64,000 bases of DNA from Patescibacteria group bacterium (GTDB lineage Bacteria > Patescibacteriota > Minisyncoccia > Phycocordibacterales > UBA12079). Every line of letters starts with the position of its first letter. The first letter of the stretch is position 1. The notes under the pieces are model-generated. The model made no database searches. It saw only the letters and a program-made list of their open reading frames with translations, and was not told where the DNA came from. The DNA is taken from contig JAHITU010000007.1 in NCBI GenBank assembly GCA_018817595.1, positions 8,775-72,774 of the forward strand, read 5' to 3'. This document shows, piece by piece, positions 1 through 10,388 of the stretch. Made by a program: the position numbers and the translations under genes.

Positions 1-164
1 CTGCATCAGTCATTTTCTTCCCCTAAAAAAAGATTTACATTATTTTTCTAAATAAAAGTATATCATTAAATATACAATATGTCAATAACAAGAGCTGAAT
101 CAATCTTTGAATTTTCCACTGACTTTATAGACTTTATGGACTTTTGACTTTATACTTATATCCA

Positions 165-2471
165 ATGTATCTAAAATCTTTAGAAATAGTCGGTTTTAAA
201 TCCTTTGGTAAAAAGGCAAATTTGGAATTCAATTCTGATGTCTCTGCTATTGTGGGACCTAATGGTTCAGGAAAATCAAATGTGGCTGAAGCTTTTCGTT
301 TTGTTTTAGGTGAGCAATCCATTAAATCCATGCGAGGAAAAAGAGGAGAAGACCTAATCTTTAACGGGTCTCAAACAATTCCTCGAGGTAACCGAGCCAG
401 TGTCAAAATAGTTTTTGATAATTCTAAGAGATTTTTGAATCTGGATTTTGATGAAGTAATTATAGAAAGACATGTTCATAGAGATGGAACTAATCAATAT
501 TTTATCAATCGCTCTTCTGTGCGATTAAAAGATGTTTCAGAATTATTGGCAGGGGCTAATATTGGTTCTTCAGGTCATCATATGATTTCACAAGGAGAAG
601 CCGACAGAATTTTGAATGTTAATCCTAAGGAAAGAAGAATGATGATTGAGGAAGCTTTGGGCTTGAAAATCTATCAATATAAAAGAATCGCCAGTGAAAA
701 GAAATTAGACAAGGTTAAAGAAAATATTGATTCTGTGCAGGCTCTGAGAAAAGAAAATGCCCCTCATTTGAAATTCCTGAAAAGACAAATTGGTAAAATG
801 GAAAAGACTTTGGAAATGAGAAAAGAGTTAGGCACCTTATATCGTGAATATTTTAAAAGAGAAAGTGCTTATTTAAAATATTGGAGTGATAAAATCACCA
901 ATGAAAAAAATCCATTAATCGAAAAATTAAAAGATTTAGAACATAGGTCTCAAGAAGCTAAAGCTATTTTGGAAAAATCCCGTGCTGAAGATAAAAGACC
1001 TTTTGAATTAACAGATTTAAAAAACCAGCTGAATTCTCTAAGGAGAGAAAAAGATCAATTTACTTTTAAATTAGGCAGGGTAGAGGGGGTAATTTATGCC
1101 TTAGAGAATAAACCTAAGAAAATAGAAGAGGTTGATAATACAAAGATTTCCTTAAATAAAATTAAAGAATTAGAGTCCGTCATAAACGACCAGATAGAAA
1201 TCGCTTCTAATTTAGAAGAAGTAAACCAAATTAAAGGTATTTTAAATAGAATCAAAGAATCTTTTACTCAATTTATAGTTAAACACTCAATGGCTCAACA
1301 TCCGCCAGCTGGCGGAGAGCTGTTGAATAACGAGATTGATGAAAACTCTAAAAAGATTGAAGAGTTGAAAAATGAAAAGAAGCAAATAGAAGATTCAATA
1401 AAAGAGATAGAAAATAAAGAAGACATTGTTTTAGGGAAATATAACACTCTTAAATCAGAAATAGAACAGGATAAAAACTCAAACCAAGAAGCAGAATTGG
1501 CTGTTTTAGAAATTATGGCTCACCAGACTGAAAGTCGTTCTCAACTAAACTCTCTAGAAATGAAAGAGATTCAAATTGTTTCAGCTCAAGAGAATTATAA
1601 AAAAGAAATGAACGAATCATATATTTTGGCGGGTAGAGATGCTGTGCAATTTAAGGATTTAGATTTACATAATTCTGCAGGAGTAGTTTTGAGCGAGGAA
1701 GAAATTCTGAAAGAAGATAGACAATATCAAAATGAGAGATTGAAAAAAATAGAAAGAATCAAAATTCTTATCGAGGACTCAGGAACTCTTTCTAGTGAAG
1801 ATGTGGTTAAAGAATATGAAGAAGCCTCAAAAAGAGATGAGCACTTATCTAATGAGATTGAAGATTTAGAGAAATCAGCCGAATCATTATTAACTTTGAT
1901 TGAAGAGTTAAAGAAAAAATTAGATATTGAATTCAGAAACGGTTTAGAAAAGATTAATGCTCAATTTAAAGAGTTCTTTATTTTAATGTTTGGAGGAGGA
2001 AGAGCTAATTTAGATTTAGTAAAGGAAAAAGTAACTAGAAAAAAGAAAGACGATTTGAATATGAGTGAGGAAGACTTGGTTAATGAAGTTGAAAACGCAG
2101 ATGGAGAAGACAATGAGATGGGGATTGAAGTAGATGTGTCCTTACCTAATAAAAAAGTAAAAGGTTTACAAATGTTATCAGGCGGGGAGAGGTCTTTGAC
2201 TTCAATTGCTTTGTTGTTTGCTATGTCTCAAGTCACTCCACCCCCCTTTATTATTCTTGATGAAACCGATGCTGCCTTAGATGAAGCCAACTCTAGAAAA
2301 TACGGAGATATGATTGAAAGACTTTCCTCTCATTCACAGTTAATTTTAATTACTCATAATCGAGAAACCATGGCGCGAGCTAATATACTATACGGAGTAA
2401 CCATGGGTTCTGACGGAATCTCAAAATTACTTTCTGTTGAATTTGCCGAAGCAGTAAAGGTAGCAAAATAA
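165..2471 (+). CDS. smc: SMC-like chromosome segregation ATPase (short form)
   Basis: N-terminal Walker A GPNGSGKSN, long coiled-coil middle, C-terminal ABC signature LSGGERSLTSIALLFA and Walker B ILDETDAALD. The ORF opens at 144 but the conserved MYLKSLEIxGFKSF start is at 165. Confidence 0.8.
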   Translation: MYLKSLEIVGFKSFGKKANLEFNSDVSAIVGPNGSGKSNVAEAFRFVLGEQSIKSMRGKRGEDLIFNGSQTIPRGNRASVKIVFDNSKRFLNLDFDEVIIERHVHRDGTNQYFINRSSVRLKDVSELLAGANIGSSGHHMISQGEADRILNVNPKERRMMIEEALGLKIYQYKRIASEKKLDKVKENIDSVQALRKENAPHLKFLKRQIGKMEKTLEMRKELGTLYREYFKRESAYLKYWSDKITNEKNPLIEKLKDLEHRSQEAKAILEKSRAEDKRPFELTDLKNQLNSLRREKDQFTFKLGRVEGVIYALENKPKKIEEVDNTKISLNKIKELESVINDQIEIASNLEEVNQIKGILNRIKESFTQFIVKHSMAQHPPAGGELLNNEIDENSKKIEELKNEKKQIEDSIKEIENKEDIVLGKYNTLKSEIEQDKNSNQEAELAVLEIMAHQTESRSQLNSLEMKEIQIVSAQENYKKEMNESYILAGRDAVQFKDLDLHNSAGVVLSEEEILKEDRQYQNERLKKIERIKILIEDSGTLSSEDVVKEYEEASKRDEHLSNEIEDLEKSAESLLTLIEELKKKLDIEFRNGLEKINAQFKEFFILMFGGGRANLDLVKEKVTRKKKDDLNMSEEDLVNEVENADGEDNEMGIEVDVSLPNKKVKGLQMLSGGERSLTSIALLFAMSQVTPPPFIILDETDAALDEANSRKYGDMIERLSSHSQLILITHNRETMARANILYGVTMGSDGISKLLSVEFAEAVKVAK

Positions 2472-2526
2472 TTTTCAAAAATTTATTTATTATTATTAAA
2501 TAATAATAAATAAAATAATCAATTAA

Positions 2527-2564
2527 ATTATATTATACGATTATATATAATCGTATAATATAAT
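2527..2564. promoter_or_regulatory. perfect palindrome ATTATATTATACGATTATATATAATCGTATAATATAAT upstream of the ArsR paralog; putative operator
   Basis: Dyad symmetry checked base by base. The 30-bp core recurs exactly at 2903-2932, downstream of the gene. Confidence 0.5.
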
Positions 2565-2598
2565 AAATAATAATTATTAAAATAATAAATAAATTAGT

Positions 2599-2892
2599 AT
2601 GAAATTTACAGGGAAACAAATAAAATTGCTAGAGCTTTTTTCAAAAGCTCTAGCAAACAAAAATAGAATTAAAATTTTAATTTTAATAAATGAAAAACCG
2701 AAACTAAATGTGGTGAGTATAGCTGATAATTTAAAAATGAATTATCAATCAGTAGCTGTTCACACTCAGAGATTAGAAAAGGTAGGTTTTATACATAAAA
2801 GATATAAAGGTTTGTTAATGGAACATATAATTACTGAAAGAGGAAAACATTTTTTGATTTCATTTCAAAAAGTTTTAAATCTAAAATCTTAA
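2599..2892 (+). CDS. ArsR/SmtB-family winged-HTH transcriptional regulator (paralog 1)
   Basis: 97 aa, HTH core like the second paralog at 28340-28633. Flanked by two copies of a perfect 30-bp palindrome. Confidence 0.7.
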   Translation: MKFTGKQIKLLELFSKALANKNRIKILILINEKPKLNVVSIADNLKMNYQSVAVHTQRLEKVGFIHKRYKGLLMEHIITERGKHFLISFQKVLNLKS

Positions 2893-2902
2893 CATAAGTA
2901 TT

Positions 2903-2932
2903 TATTATACGATTATATATAATCGTATAATA
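2903..2932. promoter_or_regulatory. second copy of the 30-bp palindrome TATTATACGATTATATATAATCGTATAATA
   Basis: Exact repeat of the core at 2531-2560. Confidence 0.5.
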
Positions 2933-3069
2933 GGTTTTTCAATAAATTTAAAAAACAAAGAAACAAATCTAATATTTTTTCAATTGTATTTATGGTTTTT
3001 TTATGATATTTTGAGGGTCAGGATGTTATTTAACTATTTTGAGTAAAAAACTTATAAAGGAGGTCAAGA

Positions 3070-3564
3070 ATGACCAATAACACATGTAGTGACGCAGGAA
3101 AAAAGGCAGGAGTGATTCGCGAGCTTTCAACTATAAATTCTCTGGATGAAAGAAGAACCAATATTCTTTTAGCTTTGATTAAGTATATCAAAGCCGGTTA
3201 TCCCATGGAAAATGGAAAAACATGGAAAAGGTTTTTTGGAAAGATCAGAGAGTGTTGGTTTTCTGAAAATCCTCTTAAAGTTTGGAAAAAACTTCTCACT
3301 AGCTCCAATTTCAAAAAATTGGATATCTGTGAAAGAAGACTTGTTCAGGAATCTTCACCTTTTGCTGATTGTTTCTTTATTTCTGTGGGGGATACTGTAG
3401 AGGGTTCAGCTCTAAGAGAAAATCTTCTCTGTTTTGCTGAACCTATTCTTGTTGAAGAAGTGAACGGTCACGGGAATAAACATTGCAATTTGAACGAATT
3501 GGTTTTTGTTGTTTCTGAAGATAATTTTGAAGGGAGTTTTTTAAATGTTACTCTTTTCATTTAA
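3070..3564 (+). CDS. hypothetical Cys-containing protein
   Basis: 164-aa ORF with strong RBS AAAGGAGGTCAAGAATG. No family recognised. Confidence 0.5.
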   Translation: MTNNTCSDAGKKAGVIRELSTINSLDERRTNILLALIKYIKAGYPMENGKTWKRFFGKIRECWFSENPLKVWKKLLTSSNFKKLDICERRLVQESSPFADCFFISVGDTVEGSALRENLLCFAEPILVEEVNGHGNKHCNLNELVFVVSEDNFEGSFLNVTLFI

Positions 3565-3575
3565 GTTTTTAGTCA

Positions 3576-3620
3576 AAAAGCACTGGTTACCGTTGTTACG
3601 GAACCAGTGCTTTTTATTTT
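3576..3620. terminator. bidirectional rho-independent terminator hairpin between the 3070 gene and rnr
   Basis: GCACTGGTTACCG...CGGAACCAGTGC stem followed by a T-run. Confidence 0.6.
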
Positions 3621-3626
3621 ATATTT

Positions 3627-5618
3627 TTATTCTGAAATCAATTCAAAATCGATTACTTGTTTGTCTAAATCAGTTTTGACTAATTTTACTCTAACCTTGT
3701 CTCCTAGGGTATGCTTTACCCTTGTTTTTTGTCCCACTAGGCGATAATGCTTAGTATCTAATTCATAGTAATCATCCTGAAGAGAACGAACACTAATCAT
3801 TCCTTCAGCTCCGTTTTCTGCTTGGACATACACACCCCATTTTGTAATTCCAGAAATAATTCCTTCGAATTCCTGACCAATTTTACTCGACATTAACTCT
3901 GTGAACTTATATTTCGTAGAAGCTCTTTCGGCTGTTACGGCTGCAATTTCTTGTTGAGTGGATTTGCTGGTTAATTCTTTGTATTTTTTAATAGAACGAG
4001 GAGAAAGATTTTTCCCTGCTAAATAATTTTTCATCAAACGATGCACCATCATATCAGGGTAACGACGAATAGGTGAAGTGAAGTGAGTATAATGTTTGAA
4101 TCCTAAACCAAAATGCCCAATATTTTGAGTCGAGTAAATTGCCTTTGCCATTGATTTAAGCATAGCCGTAGCAATCAAATCTTCTTCTGGCAAACCTTCA
4201 ATTTTCATTAATAAATCATTCAATTCTTTTGAAGAAACTTTATTATCTTTGATTTTTAAATTGAATCCAATAGTTTTTAGGAACTCTGACAATTCTTTCA
4301 ATTGTTCTGTTTTAGGTACATCGTGAATTCTATAAACAAAAGGTAATTGAATCTTCAGTTTTTCTTCTTGATGACTTATATATTGGGCTACTTCGCGATT
4401 AGCTAAAAGCATAAAGTCTTCAATTAACTCATTAGTATCCATCATTTGCTTTTCGTAAACATCAATAGCCTTTCCGGTTTTGTCCAAAATAAATTTGTAT
4501 TCGTTTGATCCAAAGGAAATAGAACCTTTTTCGGTTCTGTCAGCTCGGAGAATTAGAGCCAATTCATTCAAGGTATTTAATTCCTTATAGAATTCACCAG
4601 CTTTATTATCCAAGGTTTCTTGAGCATTTTTGTAGGTGAATCTTTTGTCAGAATGAATAATAGTTTCTCCAAACCATCTAGCTTTTACTTGTGCATTTTT
4701 ATCTATTATGAAAACAGCAGAATAAGTCAATTTGTCTTCATTAGGATTAAGAGAACATAGGTTATTAGAAAGCACTTCAGGAAGCATCGGAATCGTACGG
4801 TCTATTAGATAAACAGAGGTACATCTAACAGTAGCTTCACGGTCTATTGGGGAGTCAATAGGAACATAGTGGGTTACATCAGCGATATGAACTCCAATTT
4901 CATAATCCCCATTTTCTAATTCTTTGAACGATAAAGCATCATCAAAATCCTTGGCGTCATCAGGGTCGATAGTAAAAGTAATTCTGTCTCGCATATCCTT
5001 TCTCTTAGGAATTTCTTGAGCGAAGTCTTTTAGAGCTTGTTTGGATATAACTTCGGCTTCAGCTTCGACACCTTCTGGAAAATCAGGTTCAAAACCTTTT
5101 TCATAAAGAATAGCTTGCATTTCAGTTTCATTGTCACCCTTATGTCCGATTACTTTAATTATTTTTCCTTGAGGATTTTTCTTTGGGTCATTCCATTCAG
5201 ACATTTCAGCTACGATTTTTACATCATGGCTGGGGATTTCTCCATCACTAAGGTCTAGGTCTAAACGGGGGTAAAATTTAATATCATCGGCAACTAAAAA
5301 ATAACCTTCATTATCTTTTCCTAAGGTTCCTACAAATTTAGTTTTAACTCTGTTTAATATTTCAGTAACTTTGGCTATTTTAGTCCCTGCCTGCCGAGAG
5401 GCATGGTTTCCTCTTTTAGCTACTTTGATTTTTACTATATCTCCATTTAGAGCAGTATTCAAATCAAAGTCAGAAATTTCAAAATCTCCGTGTTCGGTTT
5501 TCAAGAAACCACGCTTTCTTGTGGTTACTATAATATTACCTTCATAAAATTCTTGCTCTTTATCTTGAGATTTTTTATGTTTCTTTTCATATGTCTTGTT
5601 TTTCTTCATACCCCACAT
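3627..5618 (-). CDS. rnr: ribonuclease R (RNB-domain 3'-5' exoribonuclease with C-terminal S1 domain)
   Basis: 663 aa. RNB catalytic core and a C-terminal S1-like segment GIISGITKWGVYVQ...GMISVRSL. Confidence 0.85.
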   Translation of the reverse strand: MWGMKKNKTYEKKHKKSQDKEQEFYEGNIIVTTRKRGFLKTEHGDFEISDFDLNTALNGDIVKIKVAKRGNHASRQAGTKIAKVTEILNRVKTKFVGTLGKDNEGYFLVADDIKFYPRLDLDLSDGEIPSHDVKIVAEMSEWNDPKKNPQGKIIKVIGHKGDNETEMQAILYEKGFEPDFPEGVEAEAEVISKQALKDFAQEIPKRKDMRDRITFTIDPDDAKDFDDALSFKELENGDYEIGVHIADVTHYVPIDSPIDREATVRCTSVYLIDRTIPMLPEVLSNNLCSLNPNEDKLTYSAVFIIDKNAQVKARWFGETIIHSDKRFTYKNAQETLDNKAGEFYKELNTLNELALILRADRTEKGSISFGSNEYKFILDKTGKAIDVYEKQMMDTNELIEDFMLLANREVAQYISHQEEKLKIQLPFVYRIHDVPKTEQLKELSEFLKTIGFNLKIKDNKVSSKELNDLLMKIEGLPEEDLIATAMLKSMAKAIYSTQNIGHFGLGFKHYTHFTSPIRRYPDMMVHRLMKNYLAGKNLSPRSIKKYKELTSKSTQQEIAAVTAERASTKYKFTELMSSKIGQEFEGIISGITKWGVYVQAENGAEGMISVRSLQDDYYELDTKHYRLVGQKTRVKHTLGDKVRVKLVKTDLDKQVIDFELISE

Positions 5619-5742
5619 TATATGATAAAACTTTAAAATTGTCGCCTCATCGGCGACCCGCCGATGAGGCGGGAAAGAAAATAAAAAATGATTATTACTT
5701 ACAAAGTTTTGTGGTAAAATATAAAAAAATTAAAAAATAGAT

Positions 5743-6174
5743 ATGAGTGATAATAAAAAAATTAAATTACAGGTTGGAGTAAAAATATTTTTAAAAAATA
5801 AAAATAATAAGTACTTAATTTTACATAGAAATATAGAAAAGTACCCTGATAACGATGGAAACTGGGATATAGTAGGAGGGAGGATTGATCGTGGTATTTC
5901 ACTTTTAGAAAATTTACAAAGAGAGGTAAAGGAAGAAACTCAATTAGATTTAGAAAATAATCCTCAACTTATAGGCGCTCAAGATATCTTACGAGTAAAA
6001 GGACTCCATGTAGTAAGACTAACTTATATTGCTAATATAGAAGGAGACCCCACTTTAAGTGATGAACATGATAGATTTAAATGGCTTTCCATTGAGGGTA
6101 TAAAAAAACTTATTGCTGAGAACAGAATGGATATTTATTCTAAAGAATTGATAGAAAAAGGGTTGTTAAAATAA
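5743..6174 (+). CDS. NUDIX hydrolase
   Basis: Nudix box GGRIDRGISLLENLQREVKEETQL. Confidence 0.75.
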   Translation: MSDNKKIKLQVGVKIFLKNKNNKYLILHRNIEKYPDNDGNWDIVGGRIDRGISLLENLQREVKEETQLDLENNPQLIGAQDILRVKGLHVVRLTYIANIEGDPTLSDEHDRFKWLSIEGIKKLIAENRMDIYSKELIEKGLLK

Positions 6175-6190
6175 TTTATATAATTTTATA

Positions 6191-6226
6191 AAAAACTATG
6201 GACGTACTACGTCCATAGTTTTTTAA
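6191..6226 (+). terminator. rho-independent terminator after the NUDIX gene
   Basis: AAAAAACTATGGACGTACTACGTCCATAGTTTTTT. Confidence 0.65.
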
Positions 6227-6299
6227 TTTAAAATCTAAAATTTAAAATTTATAATTCCGACTTTTTTAATAAAAAAAAGTCGGCTGTGGATAACTATGT

Positions 6300-6360
6300 T
6301 TGCTCAGTGGGACAGAGTGTTATAGAATATGCACCAGGTGGTAGAAAGTGGGAAGTTAGA
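6300..6360 (+). promoter_or_regulatory. putative MraZ operator (GTGGG-type direct repeats) upstream of mraZ
   Basis: GTGGGA ... GTGGTA -10 bp- GTGGGA direct repeats about 80-130 bp upstream of mraZ. Resembles known MraZ boxes. Confidence 0.35.
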
Positions 6361-6436
6361 AATAAAGAAAAACTTGCTTTAGCAAATTTTTACCTAAAAG
6401 CTAAGTTTACCTAACCTACTAACCCCCTAAAACATT

Positions 6437-6871
6437 ATGTTAATCGGAGAATATACACACACATTAGATCCAAAGAAGCGGGTATCATTACCGGCTAAAT
6501 TTCGAGCTGTTTTGGGAAAATCTATGGTGATTACTCGTGGTCTAGATCATTGTATTTATATTTATACTCAAAATGAATGGAAAAAAGTTTTAGAGCAACT
6601 TTCTAATCTATCAATGCTACAAGCGGATTCTCGTTCATTTAAAAGATTTATGATTTCAGGAGCTGAAGAAATTTCTGTTGATTCAGTAGGAAGAATATTA
6701 GTACCAGACTTTTTGAAAAATTATGCAAAATTGAAAACTAAAGTCGTTTTGGCAGGAGTGAATGATCACATTGAAGTTTGGGATGAAAAGACATGGAAGA
6801 TTTACAAAGAAAAGGTTGAAAATTCAGCAGATGTATTGGCAGAAAAATTAGGTGAGATAGGAATAATTTAA
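6437..6871 (+). CDS. mraZ: transcriptional regulator MraZ
   Basis: MLIGEYTHTLDPKKRVSLPAKFR start. Two MraZ domains. Confidence 0.85.
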   Translation: MLIGEYTHTLDPKKRVSLPAKFRAVLGKSMVITRGLDHCIYIYTQNEWKKVLEQLSNLSMLQADSRSFKRFMISGAEEISVDSVGRILVPDFLKNYAKLKTKVVLAGVNDHIEVWDEKTWKIYKEKVENSADVLAEKLGEIGII

Positions 6872-6874
6872 ATT

Positions 6875-7777
6875 ATGACTATTCACAAACCAGTTCTTTT
6901 AAAAGAAGTGATAGAAGGATTAGATATCCAAGTCGGTGATGTTGTTATAGATGGCACGGTTGGCGGCGGAGGATATCTTATAGGCATTTGTTCTCATTTA
7001 GGCAAAGGGGGAATTATGATTGGTTTGGACCAAGATAATTCAGCCCTAGAAAGAGTCAAAAAAAAACTTTCTTTTCAAAATATTGTTTGTAAAACACATT
7101 TAGTAAATGCAAACTTTAGGAATCTAGATTCTGTTTTAAAGGATTTAAATTTAGAGAAAGTAGATAAAGTTGTCTTTGATTTAGGAATTAGTTCAGATCA
7201 GTTAGATAACTCAGGTAGAGGTTTTTCCTTTCAAAAGGATGAACCATTGATAATGTCTTTGAAAAAAGATTTAACTGAAGACGATTTGACTGCCTCTGAG
7301 ATAGTAAATAATTGGGATGAAGATAATTTAGCTGACATTATTTTTGGCTACGGAGAAGAAAAGTTTTCTCGAAAAATTGCCAAAGAAATTTGTGAAGCTC
7401 GAAAAGAGAAAAAAATTGAGACTACTTTTGAGTTAGTTGAAATAATAGAGAGAGCAGTTCCCAAATGGTATTTATTTAAAAAAACCCATTTTGCTACCAA
7501 GACTTTTCAGGCATTAAGGATTACTGTAAACGACGAAATTGAATCTTTAAGAGAAGGTATGCAAAAAGCATATGACGCTTTAAATTCAGATGGAAGATTA
7601 GCAATAGTATCTTTTCATTCAAGAGAAGACCGAATTATTAAAAGGTTTTTTAGAGAAATGAAAAATGAGAAAAAAGGAATTTTAGTAAATAAAAAACCTA
7701 TCAGTCCAAGCCCAGAAGAGTTAAAGACAAATCCTCGTTCACGTTCTGCAAAATTAAGAATTATTCAAAAGATTTAA
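6875..7777 (+). CDS. rsmH: 16S rRNA (cytosine1402-N4)-methyltransferase RsmH
   Basis: HKPVLLKEV...DGTVGGGGY SAM motif, directly after mraZ. Confidence 0.9.
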   Translation: MTIHKPVLLKEVIEGLDIQVGDVVIDGTVGGGGYLIGICSHLGKGGIMIGLDQDNSALERVKKKLSFQNIVCKTHLVNANFRNLDSVLKDLNLEKVDKVVFDLGISSDQLDNSGRGFSFQKDEPLIMSLKKDLTEDDLTASEIVNNWDEDNLADIIFGYGEEKFSRKIAKEICEARKEKKIETTFELVEIIERAVPKWYLFKKTHFATKTFQALRITVNDEIESLREGMQKAYDALNSDGRLAIVSFHSREDRIIKRFFREMKNEKKGILVNKKPISPSPEELKTNPRSRSAKLRIIQKI

Positions 7778-7945
7778 GAATTAAGATTTAAGATTTAGGA
7801 ATTAAAAATAATGAAGAAAAATTTGCGACTAAAACATTTTAAAAAATGTTCGTCCAACCAAAACTGTGTTTTGGTTTAGGAAGCAAATTCTTCTTCAAAA
7901 AGCTAACACCTAATCCGCCAGCTGGCGGACTAAACAACTAATAAA

Positions 7946-8266
7946 ATGACAGAAGCAATAGTATTAAAAATAAATAATATAAATAAAAAGAAAATCTTTA
8001 TTTCTTTGATTTTTGCATTGGCTTTTTTCTCTTGTTCTTATATTTATTTGATTCTTCAAACAACAATGAACATAACTACATATCAAGACATTAAACAAGA
8101 AATAATAGAATTAGATTCACAAATCGGTGATCTTGAATTTGAATATATGTTCCTGAAAAAAAATATCAATTTAGAAATGGCTAAGACTTTGGGTTATGTC
8201 GAAGCTTCTAATATTAATTTCATAGATAAAGATATCGTAACTAATAAACTTTCTTTAAAAGACTAA
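7946..8266 (+). CDS. ftsL: FtsL-like small bitopic cell-division protein
   Basis: 106 aa, one TM then a coiled-coil. Sits between rsmH and ftsI. Confidence 0.5.
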   Translation: MTEAIVLKINNINKKKIFISLIFALAFFSCSYIYLILQTTMNITTYQDIKQEIIELDSQIGDLEFEYMFLKKNINLEMAKTLGYVEASNINFIDKDIVTNKLSLKD

Positions 8267-8278
8267 TATTGAATTTAA

Positions 8279-10012
8279 ATGAAAAAATCAAGTTTTTTAT
8301 TTAGAATAAAATTTTTGTATGCAGGTTTATTCCTGTTTTTCTTTATTTTAGTTGGTCAATTATATATGATTCAAATAGTTAAGGGTGATGAATATAGTGA
8401 AAAAGCCGACAATCAATATATTAAACCTCAGTATATTTTCAATCGAGGAAATATTTATTTTGAAGATAAAAATGGAAAAAGAATTTCTGCTGCTATGACT
8501 CGCTCAGGTTTCCAATTAACTATTAATCCTTCTTTGATTGAGGATGCAGAAGGCACCTTTAACAAATTATCTCAAATAATAGAAATAGACAAAGAAGACT
8601 TTATGTATCGAGCTGGGAAAAAAGATGATACTTATGAGGTAATAAAAAGACAAATTATAGACGATAAAATATCAAAACAAATAAAAGATTTAAAATTAAA
8701 AGGGGTTACTCTTGAATTAGATAAGTGGCGTTTCTACCCAGGAGATAAATTAGCTTCTCATGTTTTAGGTTTTGTTGGTTACAACGAAGATTCTCTTGAA
8801 GGAATTTATGGAGTGGAAAAATATTATAATTATATATTAAACAGAGAATCAAAAAATCTTTTTGTGAACTTTTTTGCAGAGATTTTTTTGAATGTGAATT
8901 CTGTTATTGATGGAGACGACTCAAAAAAAGAAGGAGATATTGTTTTAACTATAGAACCTACTGTGCAAGAATACTTAGAAACTACATTAGAAGACTTGGA
9001 AGAAAAATGGAGTACTGATTTGGCAGGTGGAATTATAATAGACCCCAATAACGGAGAAATAATCGCTATGGGTTTTTCTCCTTCTTTTGATCCAAATAAT
9101 TTTTCTAAAGCTAAAGATGGAGTGCTTTTTGGAAATCCTATGGTGGAATCTGTATATGAAATGGGTTCTATTATTAAAGCCTTGACCATGGCTATTGGTT
9201 TAGACACTGGTGTGGTTACTGCAGAGACCACCTACAATGACACTGGTTTTAAAACCTTGAATGGAAAGACTTTTTATAATTATGATGGAAAAGCCAGAGG
9301 GGTGGTTCCTATGCAAGAAGTTCTAAATCAGTCTTTGAATATTGGCGCAGCCTTTGTCGAAAACAAAATAGGAAATGAAAGATTTGCAAAATACCTTTTG
9401 GATTTAGGTATCGGGGAAGAAACGGGAATTGATTTACCTAATGAAACTTATGGTTTGGTTTCTAATTTAGAATCCACTCGAGATATTGAATATGCTACTG
9501 CGTCATTTGGACAAGGAATAGCTATGACTCCAATAGAGACAGTTAAAGCTTTATCAGCTTTGGCTAATGGAGGAGTCCTAATAACTCCGCATTTAGTTAA
9601 AGAAATAAAATATAGTGTTTTATCTTCTGATGAAATATCGTATGATGATAATGAAAGGATTTTTAAAGAAGAGACTTCTGATGAAATCAGTCGAATGTTA
9701 GTTCAGGTTGTGGATGAAGCATTGTTAGGAGGAACAGTAAAATCTGAAGATTATACTATCGCCGCTAAGACAGGAACCGCTCAGATGGCAAAGGAAGACG
9801 GAAGAGGGTATTATGATGATAAGTATCTACACAGTTTTTTCGGCTATTTCCCAGCTACTCGTCCTGAGTTTTTAACATTTTTATATGTTGTGGACCCAAA
9901 GAATGTAAATTATGCCTCTCATACTTTAACACAGCCCTTTATGGACATTTTTAAATTTTTAGTTAATTATTATGAAGTGGTACCCGACAGAGTCGGAGTC
10001 GAAAGTCTGTAA
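8279..10012 (+). CDS. ftsI: penicillin-binding protein 2/3 transpeptidase (FtsI-like)
   Basis: SXXK (SIIKAL), SFGQG and KTGTA motifs. N-terminal TM. Confidence 0.85.
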   Translation: MKKSSFLFRIKFLYAGLFLFFFILVGQLYMIQIVKGDEYSEKADNQYIKPQYIFNRGNIYFEDKNGKRISAAMTRSGFQLTINPSLIEDAEGTFNKLSQIIEIDKEDFMYRAGKKDDTYEVIKRQIIDDKISKQIKDLKLKGVTLELDKWRFYPGDKLASHVLGFVGYNEDSLEGIYGVEKYYNYILNRESKNLFVNFFAEIFLNVNSVIDGDDSKKEGDIVLTIEPTVQEYLETTLEDLEEKWSTDLAGGIIIDPNNGEIIAMGFSPSFDPNNFSKAKDGVLFGNPMVESVYEMGSIIKALTMAIGLDTGVVTAETTYNDTGFKTLNGKTFYNYDGKARGVVPMQEVLNQSLNIGAAFVENKIGNERFAKYLLDLGIGEETGIDLPNETYGLVSNLESTRDIEYATASFGQGIAMTPIETVKALSALANGGVLITPHLVKEIKYSVLSSDEISYDDNERIFKEETSDEISRMLVQVVDEALLGGTVKSEDYTIAAKTGTAQMAKEDGRGYYDDKYLHSFFGYFPATRPEFLTFLYVVDPKNVNYASHTLTQPFMDIFKFLVNYYEVVPDRVGVESL

Positions 10013-10040
10013 GGTCTATAAAGTCAAAAGTAACAAATTT

Positions 10041-10190
10041 TTACTTCGTAAAAATTCGTAGACGAAAAGCTAAAGCTTTTCGTCTTTGCGAGGAGTGTAG
10101 CGTAGCGAAATGACGAAGCAATCTCTTTACGTTCGTCTCTGCGAGGAGCGGAACGCAGTGGAGCGATGTGGCAGTCCAGAAATAATAAAT
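10041..10190. repeat. MITE-like repeat, tandem pair, with conserved termini CGTCTYTGCGAGGA ... GACGAAGCA(G/A)TC
   Basis: CGTCTTTGCGAGGA...GACGAAGCAATCTC, then CGTCTCTGCGAGGA...GGCAGTCCAGAAAT. Same termini as the copies at 13339, 26521, 41033 and 42575. Confidence 0.55.
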
Positions 10191-10388
10191 TTATTATAAA
10201 ATATGATAAAGTAATATATACAAAAAAATACAGCCCAGAATTCAATTGTTACATTGAATTCCGGACTGGTTGAAACTCAGGGTTCCTTCTAAAAATTCCT
10301 ATTTTGCAAAGAATTTCCGATCCATAAGATCTTTCAGAACACCCTAATCCTCTCGAGAACTAATATTATTTTAATATAAATAAACAAC

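Noticed and set aside
134-331. 65-codon minus-strand ORF overlapping the smc start.
   Set aside because: Overlaps the conserved N-terminal Walker A region of SMC on the opposite strand. No RBS.
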